Shown here: piece after piece, positions 7,786-17,302 of the stretch
Position numbering within the stretch: position 1 is the stretch's first letter
How the letters are laid out: every line of letters starts with the position of its first letter
From: Bryobacterales bacterium
GTDB taxonomy: Bacteria > Acidobacteriota > Terriglobia > Bryobacterales > Bryobacteraceae
Length of the DNA stretch: 64,000 nt
Direction of reading: 5' to 3'
Assembly (NCBI GenBank): GCA_038229055.1
Contig: JBBROU010000007.1
Span: forward strand, 2,101 to 66,100
Notes under the pieces: generated by a model
Seen by the model: the letters and a program-made list of their open reading frames with translations, nothing else
Told to the model about the DNA's origin: nothing
The model's database searches: none
Made by a program: the position numbers and the translations under genes

Positions 7786-9888
7786 ATGCGCCAGACCCTG
7801 TCTGTCCGATATGGATTCCTGCGTCTTTTTTCCGGTTTAGCTTCTTTCCTTTTTGCCCATTCCTTACTTCCGGCCCAATCCTGCGCGCCTACGGCTACCA
7901 ACCTTCTGGTTCATTCCGAAGGCCTCGCGGAACGCGTGGGCGACGTTCTGCTCACGTGTTCGGGAACGCCGGGCGCGACTTTCACCGGGAACCTCAACCT
8001 ATTTCTGAACACCAATGTGACCAACCGGCTGTCGGGGAACACGCCCGACGTCAGCCTCACGTTCGACTCCGGCACCGGCGCGGTGCTGTCGACCCAATTG
8101 AGCGGCGCGAACAACGTCACATTCAATGGCCTGTCGTTTACCATTCCCGCGTCAGGCGCGGCGCGGATTCACATCAGCAATATCCGAGCGAATGTGAATG
8201 CGCTGGGCGGGCAGCCGGTGATCGCGAATCTGGCGAGCACCAATCTGCTGTTTAGCGGGAATGCGATCACGCTGGCAACCCCACAGGCAAGCTTACTGTT
8301 GAGCGAAGCCAGCACGCTGATTCGTTGCTACGGCTCTCCGCTGCCGGCGGCATTCGATCTCGCCAGCCTGTTCAGCGCGGGAACGCGGTTCTCATCGACG
8401 CGCATCACGGAAGGGTTTGCGACGGCGTTTCAGGTGAAGGACGCGATGTCCGATACGGGGACGCGGATCGTGGTGAATTATGCGTCGCTGCCGCCGGGCG
8501 CGCGGCTATTCGTTCCGGATGAAGTAGCGGGATCGAGCGCGCTGCAGGCTACGGCGGGCGGCGACTTGGGGATGGCGCAGTCGGGAGGTTCGTATGCGCC
8601 GTCGACGTCGGGATCCCTGCTGCTGGCGCGCGTGAACGGGGCCGACGCGAATGGCACGGGAGGCGCTCCGGTTTACGCACCGGGGCCGGTGGGCGGCCCG
8701 GCGGCGAATTTCAATACGGCGACGGAGATCCCCGTGGCGAACGGAGCGGCGTCGGTTACGTACGAAGTTGTGGACGCGAATCCGTCGGTACAGGAGAGCG
8801 CGCAGTTTCCGACGTTCATTGGAATTCCGGCGGGTTCGCCGGCGGCTACGTCAAGCGAAACGGTTCTGATCGGGCCGGTTTCGACGGTCGGAATGGCGAC
8901 GGCGGGCGACCCGGTGCCGCGATTCGCGGCGGTGCCGCCGGCCTCGGATTGTTCATTCCTGACCGACTGCAACGCGACTTACTTTCCGCAGTTGACGGCG
9001 GATGTGACCCCGCTGCAGTTCGCGGCGGCCGCGGGCGGGGCGCCGCAGACACGGTATGTGCGGATGGGCAACGCGGGGGCGGGGGTGCTGGACTGGAAGG
9101 CGACGGTGACGTACCAATCGGGCGCGGATTGGATCACGGTCAATCCACCGGAAGGGCAGAACAGCGTCACGATCCGGGTGGACGCGCATCCCGAGAGGCT
9201 GGGCGCGGGGACGTACCAGGCAACCCTGCTGATCGATGGGGGACCGCTTGCCGGGAGCCGGACGGTGCCGATCACGCTGACCGTGGGACCGGCGGTTGTG
9301 GTTACGCCGGCGGTAACGGTGAGTTCAGTGGTGAATGCGGCGAGCTTCCAGGCGGGGCCGGTGGCGGCGGGATCGCTGGCGACGATTCAGGGCACCAATC
9401 TTGGGGGCAAATCGGTTACGGCCGCGTTCGACGGAATTGCGGCGGCGGTGCTCTATTCCGGGGGGCAGCAGATCAATTTGCTGGTGCCGTCTCAGATTGC
9501 GGGGAAGACAAGTTCGCAGTTGGTGGTTACGGCCGACGGGGTGAGCAGCGCGCCATTCACAGTGACACTAGCGCCAACGGCGCCGGGCATCTTCCAGCCG
9601 GGCATTTTGAATCAGGACAACTCGGTGAACGCCGCGGGAATGGGGGCGGCGGGCGGATCGATCATTCAGATCTACGCGACCGGGGTGAATTCATCGGCGG
9701 GCGCGGTAACGGTGACGGTCCACGACCAGGCGGGGCTAGTTCCTTTGTATGCGGGGCCGGCTCCGGGCATTCCGGGACTCGAGCAGGTGAACGTGCTGGT
9801 TCCCGGATATCTGCCGGCCGTGATGACGCACGTGAAGATCTGCGTGGGCACGGTGTGCAGCGCGCCGGCTCCGATTCAGTTGCGCTGA
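7786..9888 (+). CDS. large secreted protein with BACON-like domain and TIGR03437-type (Solibacter C-terminal) domain
   Basis: Signal peptide LFSGLASFLFAHSLLPAQS. BACON-like block GVLDWKATVTYQSGADWITVNPPEGQNSVTIRVD. The C-terminal block VVNAASFQAGPVAAGSLATIQGTNLG…QINLLVPSQIAGKTSSQLVV…APGIFQ…IQIYATG…PLYAGPAPGIPGLEQVNVLVP matches my recollection of TIGR03437. Confidence 0.7.
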   Translation: MRQTLSVRYGFLRLFSGLASFLFAHSLLPAQSCAPTATNLLVHSEGLAERVGDVLLTCSGTPGATFTGNLNLFLNTNVTNRLSGNTPDVSLTFDSGTGAVLSTQLSGANNVTFNGLSFTIPASGAARIHISNIRANVNALGGQPVIANLASTNLLFSGNAITLATPQASLLLSEASTLIRCYGSPLPAAFDLASLFSAGTRFSSTRITEGFATAFQVKDAMSDTGTRIVVNYASLPPGARLFVPDEVAGSSALQATAGGDLGMAQSGGSYAPSTSGSLLLARVNGADANGTGGAPVYAPGPVGGPAANFNTATEIPVANGAASVTYEVVDANPSVQESAQFPTFIGIPAGSPAATSSETVLIGPVSTVGMATAGDPVPRFAAVPPASDCSFLTDCNATYFPQLTADVTPLQFAAAAGGAPQTRYVRMGNAGAGVLDWKATVTYQSGADWITVNPPEGQNSVTIRVDAHPERLGAGTYQATLLIDGGPLAGSRTVPITLTVGPAVVVTPAVTVSSVVNAASFQAGPVAAGSLATIQGTNLGGKSVTAAFDGIAAAVLYSGGQQINLLVPSQIAGKTSSQLVVTADGVSSAPFTVTLAPTAPGIFQPGILNQDNSVNAAGMGAAGGSIIQIYATGVNSSAGAVTVTVHDQAGLVPLYAGPAPGIPGLEQVNVLVPGYLPAVMTHVKICVGTVCSAPAPIQLR

Positions 9889-9907
9889 GGCTTAAATCTC
9901 TGAGGCT

Positions 9908-10693
9908 CTAAGCGACGGCTAAGGCGGGCTTCCGGCGGAGGCTCGCGAGCACTGCCGTGCCGGCTATGATGAGTGCGAGCGAGATCCACTGTTCCAGGGA
10001 AAAGGGGCCGCCGAGAGGGTTGGATTCATCGTGGTAGCGGACGAACTCGACTGAAAAGCGCACGATTCCATAGAGCACCAGATAAAGGCCAATGATCTGG
10101 CCATCGGGGTGACGCCGGCGGCAGAGGGCGTAGAGGACGGCGCAGACAACTATCTCCGCAAACGATTCGTAAAGCTGGGTGGGATGGCGCGGCACGCCCA
10201 GTGGAACGCCGACGCTGTACGCGTCGCGATTGGTGAAGGTTACGGCCCAGGGGAGATGTGTCGGGATGCCGTAACAGCAGCCGGCCGAGAAGCACCCGAG
10301 ACGCCCGATCGCGTGACCCAGCGCAAGCCCGGGCGCGAAAACATCGGAGGTTCGCAGCACGGGAAGGCCGTGCCGCCGCATGTAGAAGTACGCGGCGATG
10401 AGGGCGGCGATGAAGCCCCCATAGAAGATGCCGGCCGATTGCAGCGTGGCGAGCGAAAAGATTTCGGCGGGATTGGCGCGGTAAACCGGATCGAGCGCGA
10501 TCATCAGGGCCTTGGCGCCCACAATGCCGGCAAGGGCGCACGTAACGCCGAGGTTCAACACGGATTCGTGATTCAGGCCGGCGAATTTGGCGAGACGCGT
10601 GGTCATCCAGAGCGCGACGAGAAAGGCAATGGCGACAAGGACTCCGTAAGTGGGCAGAGAAAATCCGCCGATGGTGAAAAGCTTGGGCAGCAT
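9908..10693 (-). CDS. lgt: prolipoprotein diacylglyceryl transferase
   Basis: Lgt signatures: YGVLVAIAF, GRLGCFSAGCCYG, HPTQLYES. 261 aa polytopic membrane protein. Confidence 0.95.
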   Translation of the reverse strand: MLPKLFTIGGFSLPTYGVLVAIAFLVALWMTTRLAKFAGLNHESVLNLGVTCALAGIVGAKALMIALDPVYRANPAEIFSLATLQSAGIFYGGFIAALIAAYFYMRRHGLPVLRTSDVFAPGLALGHAIGRLGCFSAGCCYGIPTHLPWAVTFTNRDAYSVGVPLGVPRHPTQLYESFAEIVVCAVLYALCRRRHPDGQIIGLYLVLYGIVRFSVEFVRYHDESNPLGGPFSLEQWISLALIIAGTAVLASLRRKPALAVA

Positions 10694-10806
10694 GGGTGAG
10701 AATAGGACTACTTTCAGTATGACTTACAAGGGCGTTGTGATGGATTTGTCACGGCGCTGAAATCTGGTTTTGACATTGCTCCTATAGAGTCTTTTTTGAG
10801 GCTTGA

Positions 10807-13800
10807 ATGAGCAATTCCATCGGAAATAAAATGATCGCGATCTCGCTTTTGATGTTGGCTGCACTGCGGGCGCAGTCGAATAAGATCGACCTGACGAACT
10901 GGGGCGCGATTACGGCGCCGGTGTTCGGGACAGCGGAGAAGGGCGTTTATTCGAGCGCGGAGCTGTTTGCAGGCCCCAACAAATTCGGATCCTACTACAG
11001 CGGGGTTTTGCCGAACGGGCGCATCGTGAAGCCGGCGGGGACAAGCATCCAGATCGGGATGAATCCTCTGGGCGCGGCACTGACTCCCGACGGGCATTAT
11101 CTGATTACGAGCAACGACGATGAACGCGAAGGGAAGATCACTTCGTACCAGAGCTCGATGAATATTGGCGGGTATTCGCTTTCGGTGATCGACACGAAGA
11201 CGATGACCGTGGTGTCGCAAACGGGGGCGGTTGGAAAGTTTTTCATCGGGCTGCAAGCGACGGGAAGCGGGCCGTATACCGTGTGGGCGTCGGGCGGGGC
11301 GGATCAGGACGTGAAGATATTTACGGTGTCGGCGACGGGGACGATTGCGGCTGCGACGCCGGCGCACATTGTAATTAGCCCGATTACGCCGGCGACCTCG
11401 GGATATGCGACCAACTATACGCCGGGCGCCGCGCTGAACACGGCCGATGCGAACGGAAACAAGCCTCCGCTTCCATCGGGATTCGGGAGCCGGACGGCGG
11501 CAACGAAGATCACCTTTCCCGCGGGATCGGCACTGAGCCCGGACGGCAAGTGGCTCTATGTGGCGTGCAACGGGGACAACAGCGTAGCGGTGATCGACAC
11601 GACGGCGATGACGGTGGTGAAACAAGTGCCGGTGGGATATTTTCCTTACGGCGTTTCGGTGAGTCCCTCGGGTGCCAAGGTGCTGGTCGCAAATTGGGGT
11701 ATTGAGGAATACAAGTTTTTCGCTCCGGGATACGATGCGGCGGGGAATCTCAATTCGGTCGGAGTCGCACCGAACAATCTTCCGGACGGGTTCTATGTTC
11801 CGCCTACCGACACGCAGGGCACGAATCCGAAGACATCGTCGGTAACGGTTCTGATCGCGCCGGCGGGAAATGGCGCGGCGCTTACGACTTCGCAAGCTGT
11901 GTACGAGGGGCTGCCGCTCGACGCGCTGAATCAGGTTGGCGATACACATCCTTCGGCGACGGCCATCGTGAAACACGGCTCGCTCGAAGTGCTGTATGTT
12001 GCCAAGACCAACGTGGATGCGCTGGGAATGGTGGTGGTGAATAACAACCGCAAGCTGCCCGATTTCGATCTGACGCCACTGACATTCGCGCAAAGCCAGC
12101 ATTCGCGGCTGGATGGCGCGTATCCGAATGCGATGGCGGTTTCGCCCGATAACAATCGCTTATATGTCACAGAGGCGGGGCTGAATTCAGTGGCGGTGAT
12201 CGACGTATCCAATGCGGCACAGCCGAAGCTGTTGGGAAGGCTCGGCACGGGATGGTATCCGACGGCGATTGTGGTGAGCCCGGATGGCGATACTTTGTAT
12301 GTGGCCAACGCCAAGGGCGTCGGGGAGGACATCAATCCGAATACAAATACAGGAACAGGCACAGCTCCGCCGACGGGGTTGGCTTCGGACTCACGCGTCG
12401 ATAGCAACTATATCTTCGGTTCGCTGCAGAAGATCAATTTGACGAGCACATCTTACGACGGCACGACGGTGATCGGACAGAATTTCGCCTTCAATCCTCC
12501 GGCGGACACTTCGGTGGTTCCGGTTGGCGGCGCGGCGTCCTCGAAGATTAAGCATGTCGTATTTATCCTGAAAGAGAACAAGACATTCGATTCGATGCTG
12601 GGCAATCTGGGAAGCCACTTCGGACCGTTCGCCAGCATGAGCTTCAACGACCAGACGGGCGCGGCTTACACAAATGGGCAGTACACGGGAGTTTCCGTGA
12701 ATTTGCAGACACTGGCGTCGAAGTTCGCGGCGGCGGTGAACTACTATTCCGATTCCGAAGAGAGCGACGCGGGCCACCAGTTTGCGGCGTCGGGCACGGC
12801 CTCGGATTATACGGAAAAGACGCTGTTGGTGAAGGGGGGACGCGGGCTGCTGGTGGCCAAGAACTTCGAACCGGAAGACTATCCGGCGGGTGGGTACATC
12901 TTCAACAATGCGGCGCGCAATCGCGTGAGCTTTAAAGATTACGGCGCGCTGATCCGCATTGTTGGAACCGACACGGGCGGAAGCGTACCGTCGACGATCG
13001 ACGACCCAACGAGCGGCCTGCTGGGTTATCCATTGCTACAGGCGGACAAGTTCAGCGTGACCAATCCGCTGCAAAACGGCGGCGATGTGGACAGCGAGAC
13101 GCAGGGGCTGGGGCAGACCTATGCGCTGAAGCTGCCGATTCTGGCGGTGCTGGGGCAGAACAATCCAAACGGCGAGCCGCACTTAGACGAATATTATCCG
13201 GGGTATAACTTCAACATTTCCGACCAGCGGCGGGCGGAAGAGTTCAATGCCGATTTTGACACGATGGTGGATTTGGGGACGCTTCCACAGTTCCTGTATG
13301 TCTATCTGCCGAACGATCACACGGGTGGAGTAACGGCGCCGAATGCAGCGACGGTGGGCAGTTCGCCGCTGCAACAGATTGCCGACGGGGACGTGGCGCT
13401 GGGAATGGTGGTGAACCACATCATGAACAGCCCGGTGTATTACGACGCGGCTTCCGACACGGGGACGGCTATTTTCGTGACATGGGACGACGCGCAATCG
13501 TCACTCGATCACATTCATCCGCACCGGACGCCGATGGTGGCAATCGGCCCATATGTGAAGCCGGGTTACATAGCGGCGAAGCATTATTCAACGGCGTCGA
13601 TTGTGAAGACTGAGGAGCTGCTGCTGGGGCTGCCGCCGAATAACCTGGGCGATTTATTCGCGACGGATCTGCGGGATATGTTCCAGCCGACTTACAACGG
13701 GATTACCGCGGCGGATGTACCGGTGACGCGCGCGAAGGTATTCGTATCGTATGAAGGCCGGCAGATCTGGAAGCTGGTAAAGAAGCTGGACACTTCGGCG

Positions 13801-13989
13801 CCGGATCGGGACAGCTCTCGGCTGGGAGCGCTGACGCGGCTTTCGGTGGAGGCGGACAATCTGCATCGGAGCGCGGTGAAGCAGCGGAAATTGGGCACGG
13901 CGGGCTATCGGAAGCGGCAGGCGGCGCTGTATGAACAGGCGCTGAAGGTAGCGAATTCGGATAAGCCGAAGGACGACGACGACCGGTAG
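10807..13989 (+). CDS. secreted fusion of YncE/YVTN beta-propeller and phosphoesterase (PLC/AcpA) family domains
   Basis: Signal peptide. Repeated motifs of the form SPDG..LYV…N..SVAVID (e.g. LSPDGKWLYVACNGDNSVAVIDTTAMTVV). The phosphoesterase N-terminal signature IKHVVFILKENKTFDSMLG and later …YVYLPNDHTGG, WDDAQSSLDH follow. Confidence 0.8.
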   Translation: MSNSIGNKMIAISLLMLAALRAQSNKIDLTNWGAITAPVFGTAEKGVYSSAELFAGPNKFGSYYSGVLPNGRIVKPAGTSIQIGMNPLGAALTPDGHYLITSNDDEREGKITSYQSSMNIGGYSLSVIDTKTMTVVSQTGAVGKFFIGLQATGSGPYTVWASGGADQDVKIFTVSATGTIAAATPAHIVISPITPATSGYATNYTPGAALNTADANGNKPPLPSGFGSRTAATKITFPAGSALSPDGKWLYVACNGDNSVAVIDTTAMTVVKQVPVGYFPYGVSVSPSGAKVLVANWGIEEYKFFAPGYDAAGNLNSVGVAPNNLPDGFYVPPTDTQGTNPKTSSVTVLIAPAGNGAALTTSQAVYEGLPLDALNQVGDTHPSATAIVKHGSLEVLYVAKTNVDALGMVVVNNNRKLPDFDLTPLTFAQSQHSRLDGAYPNAMAVSPDNNRLYVTEAGLNSVAVIDVSNAAQPKLLGRLGTGWYPTAIVVSPDGDTLYVANAKGVGEDINPNTNTGTGTAPPTGLASDSRVDSNYIFGSLQKINLTSTSYDGTTVIGQNFAFNPPADTSVVPVGGAASSKIKHVVFILKENKTFDSMLGNLGSHFGPFASMSFNDQTGAAYTNGQYTGVSVNLQTLASKFAAAVNYYSDSEESDAGHQFAASGTASDYTEKTLLVKGGRGLLVAKNFEPEDYPAGGYIFNNAARNRVSFKDYGALIRIVGTDTGGSVPSTIDDPTSGLLGYPLLQADKFSVTNPLQNGGDVDSETQGLGQTYALKLPILAVLGQNNPNGEPHLDEYYPGYNFNISDQRRAEEFNADFDTMVDLGTLPQFLYVYLPNDHTGGVTAPNAATVGSSPLQQIADGDVALGMVVNHIMNSPVYYDAASDTGTAIFVTWDDAQSSLDHIHPHRTPMVAIGPYVKPGYIAAKHYSTASIVKTEELLLGLPPNNLGDLFATDLRDMFQPTYNGITAADVPVTRAKVFVSYEGRQIWKLVKKLDTSAPDRDSSRLGALTRLSVEADNLHRSAVKQRKLGTAGYRKRQAALYEQALKVANSDKPKDDDDR

Positions 13990-13990
13990 G

Positions 13991-14521
13991 TCAGCGGGCA
14001 TTTCTGTTGTGAGCCGCCGATTTGGCGCCCAGATTCCGTTGCAGAATTTCGCGAACCTGGAGAAGATCGTCGGGCGCAAGGGCCCGCTTCGGGATCAGGT
14101 TGAAGATATTTGACTGGGGATAGAGCAGGAACAGGTGTTTCGATTCTGTGTATCTTGCAAACGCACTCCAGTTGAAATTGCTGCTGCCATTCGGACCGGC
14201 GAACACTATCCCCGAGTCGGAGATGACCGTCTCCGTTTGAGGAAGCTTTGCAAAATCGCGTTTGAACGCGAACCTGGCCAACAGTCGCAGACGTAATGCC
14301 AAACCTAGTCCGATAAGGATCGGAATGGCCGATTGCGCATATTGTGCCCCCGGAAGGAACATCTGCATCATTCCGCCGGCGATCAAGAATACGCCGAATC
14401 CTTGAATCAACCTGGACAATATCCCCTCGTGGCGAGTCTGGGCTTCAAGAAGGTCTTTCTCAGTGAGACTGTAAATAGCTCGAACCTCAGGGCCGGTTTG
14501 ACTTGGCATCGCAGAATTCAT
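13991..14521 (-). CDS. YcxB-like (bPH-type) membrane protein
   Basis: Two central TM helices (GFGVFLIAGGMMQMF, AIPILIGLGLALRL) are followed by …NWSAFARYTESKHLFLLYPQSNIFNLIPKRAL, typical of YcxB-like domains. Confidence 0.55.
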   Translation of the reverse strand: MNSAMPSQTGPEVRAIYSLTEKDLLEAQTRHEGILSRLIQGFGVFLIAGGMMQMFLPGAQYAQSAIPILIGLGLALRLRLLARFAFKRDFAKLPQTETVISDSGIVFAGPNGSSNFNWSAFARYTESKHLFLLYPQSNIFNLIPKRALAPDDLLQVREILQRNLGAKSAAHNRNAR

Positions 14522-14580
14522 AACGGTGTATTGTACGCCGGAGCGGTAAAGTGTGATTCAATCTGTCGAGGGCCGGCAAC

Positions 14581-16191
14581 ATGTCTCCAACAGGCAAGCT
14601 CCGCATTGCACGCGCGGCATGGATCGCATCCGTGATGATGGCGGCCGGCAGCGGCTCGGCGATCTATACAATGGCGCAGAGCAACCCCGTGGGGATCGTC
14701 ATCCTGGATCAATTAGGACCGGGTTACCGGGCCTACTGGGTTCTTGGAATCTCTTTACTGCTGTCGTTCGCGATCTCGATTTTCTTGCGGCATCGGATTC
14801 TCATAGCGCGGCAACATCGAAACGAACTAACAGCCGAACTGTTGCTGGAAAACCTGCGCGAGGACAAACCGGTAGCCTGTAAAGAGTTCTTCGTCTATCT
14901 GCGGTCATTCGAAACAACGGGCCACCTGAAGCCGCCCTTCTTTTTTACGATGGCGGTACTCGGACGGCTGCACACCAATGAGCTGGAGTCTTTTCTGGCG
15001 TTATCGCTCGAAAAGAAGGGGCCGCTGGTTGCTTTGGGGCTACCCGGAGAGAGTGTCGGGGCTGCACGCATCCACGTGGACGATACGACTTGGAAGGACG
15101 ATATTCAGCGGCTACTGACCCACGCGAGCGGCTTGCTGGTGGTGCCGTCGGCGCACGAGGGGACTAAGTGGGAGATTGAATTACTACAGAAAGACGACTT
15201 ACTCAAGAAAGCGGTTTTCATCATGCCGCCGAAGACTCGACAGTTCGACTGGCGAGTGAGGTGGGAGCAAGCAAGTCAGTCGTTGAGAGAATTCTCGATC
15301 ACCCTGCCTGAGTACAACGAACGGGGCCTGCTGTTCAGACTTGATGAACAAGGCCAGGTAGCCGACGCGCGCATGTTCTCGCTGATGTTTCGCCGCTCCA
15401 TTCGTAAGTCTATCGAAGCGTTGTTAAAGGGCGCGCGCGAGAATCGTTCCGGCTCAGATGCGATCCGGAAGGCAAACCGCCGCGCTCGCATGGTTTGGTT
15501 CTATGGCACATGGGTTAGCTCCTTCGGTTCACTGATCGCGACTCCGATCATGCTCTGGTTTGCCATCCACGCCTTTCTTTCCGGGCGTGTTCCGCGAGCC
15601 GTGGATACGTCACCTCCGTGGTCTACGTTTACCGATCGCTATGACAGTGCCGAAGAAGTGAACAGCGCTCAAGGGCTCCTCGGCAAGGAAATCTTTTTTA
15701 GAAGCCATCGTTGGTTGTCCGAGAGCGAGATCGATCAATTGGCCAAGCAGGGGCTGTTGCGTGTCGATGAAATGGACCGAGAGCTTTATCAATTCGGTTT
15801 TGGCGAGATGCTCTCGCTTGCGCCAAATGAACACGTATGCGCCGCTTTGGCGGAAGGCAGGGCCTCTGAATTGGACCGTATCAGAACGCTGGTGACGATG
15901 CCGAGTCATGACGTGAACCTTTGGATGAGTGCGCGGGAGAAAGCGGCCAGGGCCGCGGCTAGAGACTTGCCTTTGGTCGCAGGGATCGGAGAGCCTGGAG
16001 CCGATCTAAAGGAAGCTATCTCAGCGGTCCTCGGCAGGCAAGGCGGCATTGATTTGGAGGACCTGTTGACGGCCGGACGCAAGTTGACTGAAGAGGAGAC
16101 TTGCCGGCTTGGGATTGCGGGCGCAACTGCCGTCTACCGGCTGCGCGAGCCCTATCGGGCGCAATTATCCACGGTGTTGGCGAGCCGGTAA
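14581..16191 (+). CDS. polytopic membrane protein with central Rossmannoid (TIR/NDT-like?) module; function unknown
   Basis: ATG start. TM helices near aa 10-30, 50-70 and ~310-345. The soluble block at aa ~100-220 shows a beta/alpha periodicity: FFVYLRSFE … PLVALGLPGE … ARIHVDD … GLLVVPSAHEGTKWEIELL … AVFIMPP. No family recognised with certainty. Confidence 0.6.
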   Translation: MSPTGKLRIARAAWIASVMMAAGSGSAIYTMAQSNPVGIVILDQLGPGYRAYWVLGISLLLSFAISIFLRHRILIARQHRNELTAELLLENLREDKPVACKEFFVYLRSFETTGHLKPPFFFTMAVLGRLHTNELESFLALSLEKKGPLVALGLPGESVGAARIHVDDTTWKDDIQRLLTHASGLLVVPSAHEGTKWEIELLQKDDLLKKAVFIMPPKTRQFDWRVRWEQASQSLREFSITLPEYNERGLLFRLDEQGQVADARMFSLMFRRSIRKSIEALLKGARENRSGSDAIRKANRRARMVWFYGTWVSSFGSLIATPIMLWFAIHAFLSGRVPRAVDTSPPWSTFTDRYDSAEEVNSAQGLLGKEIFFRSHRWLSESEIDQLAKQGLLRVDEMDRELYQFGFGEMLSLAPNEHVCAALAEGRASELDRIRTLVTMPSHDVNLWMSAREKAARAAARDLPLVAGIGEPGADLKEAISAVLGRQGGIDLEDLLTAGRKLTEEETCRLGIAGATAVYRLREPYRAQLSTVLASR

Positions 16192-16192
16192 T

Positions 16193-17302
16193 TCAGCCGT
16201 CATACCCGAGGGCTTCGGCTTTCGCGAAATCGGCTTGGGCACCGGCGCGATCGTTTAACTTCTGCTTGGCCCGAGCCCGGTATTGATGGGCATACGAGTC
16301 CTCCGGATCGATTCGGATGGCTTGGTTGAAATCGGCTAACGCTTCGGGAAACATCTTGAGCTCGTGATGCGAGTGACCGCGCCAGAGATGCGCGGTGAGG
16401 ATATCGGGCTGCTTGTCAATAGCCGCGGTGAAATCGAGAATAGCCCCGCGGTGTTGGCCATGGCGATTGGCTATGAATCCGCGTGCGACGTATGCCTCGG
16501 CGAGGTCCTGGTTGATTCGCAGGGCGTGATCGTAGTCTTCCAGCGCGCGGCGCTCATCATCCATTTGGGCGTAACATTCCCCGCGTTGGAAATAGGCGAA
16601 TGCGTCTTCGGGTTCGATTTCAATGGCGCGATTGAAATCCTTCAAGGCGTCCTTCTTCCGGCCGGCGGAGAGCAACAGCAGGGCTCGCTCGATCCACGCC
16701 GGGAAGAAGTTCCGATTACTCTGAATTGCGGCGTCGAAACTCTGGAGAGCCGAATCGAGGTGCCCGAGGTTACCGTGTGCAACGCCAAGGTTGACCAGCG
16801 CGAAGAGATCGCCCGGATTCTTCGCAATGAAACGATTGAGCGGGACAATGGCAGCCGAGGGGCGGGTGTGGGCGGCGTGGTCGCGCATGGCTGAGGCCAG
16901 CTTTTCGTAGCCGTCGGGCTGAAACAGGTCAGTCCATTCGCGATCCGACAAAGTTTTCGGAATTACACACTCTTCGAGTCGGACCGGCACGAGAAGAATC
17001 GAACTTTTGGCTTTCTTTTTCGCCTCCGCCAGAGCCAGCTCGATCTCTTTGGTGACGTAGCCCGCCTTCGAATTGACGCGACGCGAGAGGCAGATGAGGA
17101 CGGCATCCGAACCTTTGATCGCCTCCTCAATGAAGTCTTCCCAACGCTGTCCGTGCGGAATGGCCTCAATGTCCAGCCAGGGCCAGAATCCATCCTCCCG
17201 CAATCGGTCATGCAACTCTTTGATTACCTTTTTGTCCTTCGACCGATGACAAAGAAAAACTTTCAATCCATCCGATTGGTAAGAATCGGCTTGGCGGGTC
17301 AT
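16193..17302 (-). CDS. TIR domain protein with C-terminal TPR repeats
   Basis: TIR block: KVFLCHRSKDKKVIKELHDRLREDGFWPWLD…GQRWEDFIEEAIKGSDAVLICLS…AGYVTKEIELA. The candidate catalytic Glu is at aa ~86. About 6 TPR units follow (…AYFQRGECYAQMDDERRALEDYDHALRINQDLAEAYVARG…). I chose the ATG at 17302 because it forms an ATGA overlap with the upstream stop. The 71 codons further upstream are Arg/Pro-rich and lie inside the upstream gene. Confidence 0.85.
   Translation of the reverse strand: MTRQADSYQSDGLKVFLCHRSKDKKVIKELHDRLREDGFWPWLDIEAIPHGQRWEDFIEEAIKGSDAVLICLSRRVNSKAGYVTKEIELALAEAKKKAKSSILLVPVRLEECVIPKTLSDREWTDLFQPDGYEKLASAMRDHAAHTRPSAAIVPLNRFIAKNPGDLFALVNLGVAHGNLGHLDSALQSFDAAIQSNRNFFPAWIERALLLLSAGRKKDALKDFNRAIEIEPEDAFAYFQRGECYAQMDDERRALEDYDHALRINQDLAEAYVARGFIANRHGQHRGAILDFTAAIDKQPDILTAHLWRGHSHHELKMFPEALADFNQAIRIDPEDSYAHQYRARAKQKLNDRAGAQADFAKAEALGYDG

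Noticed and set aside
10714-12102. 462-aa minus-strand ORF inside the beta-propeller/phosphoesterase gene
   Set aside because: It is Arg/His/Pro-rich (RRRRMCIAN…, RRRRSRNRPRRRHRK) and antisense to a gene with clear domain signatures. I treat it as a GC-driven artefact. The same reasoning applies to 425-1315(-), 8949-9911(+), 29020-29976(-), 35850-36818(+), 49012-50160(-) and 60048-61211(-).
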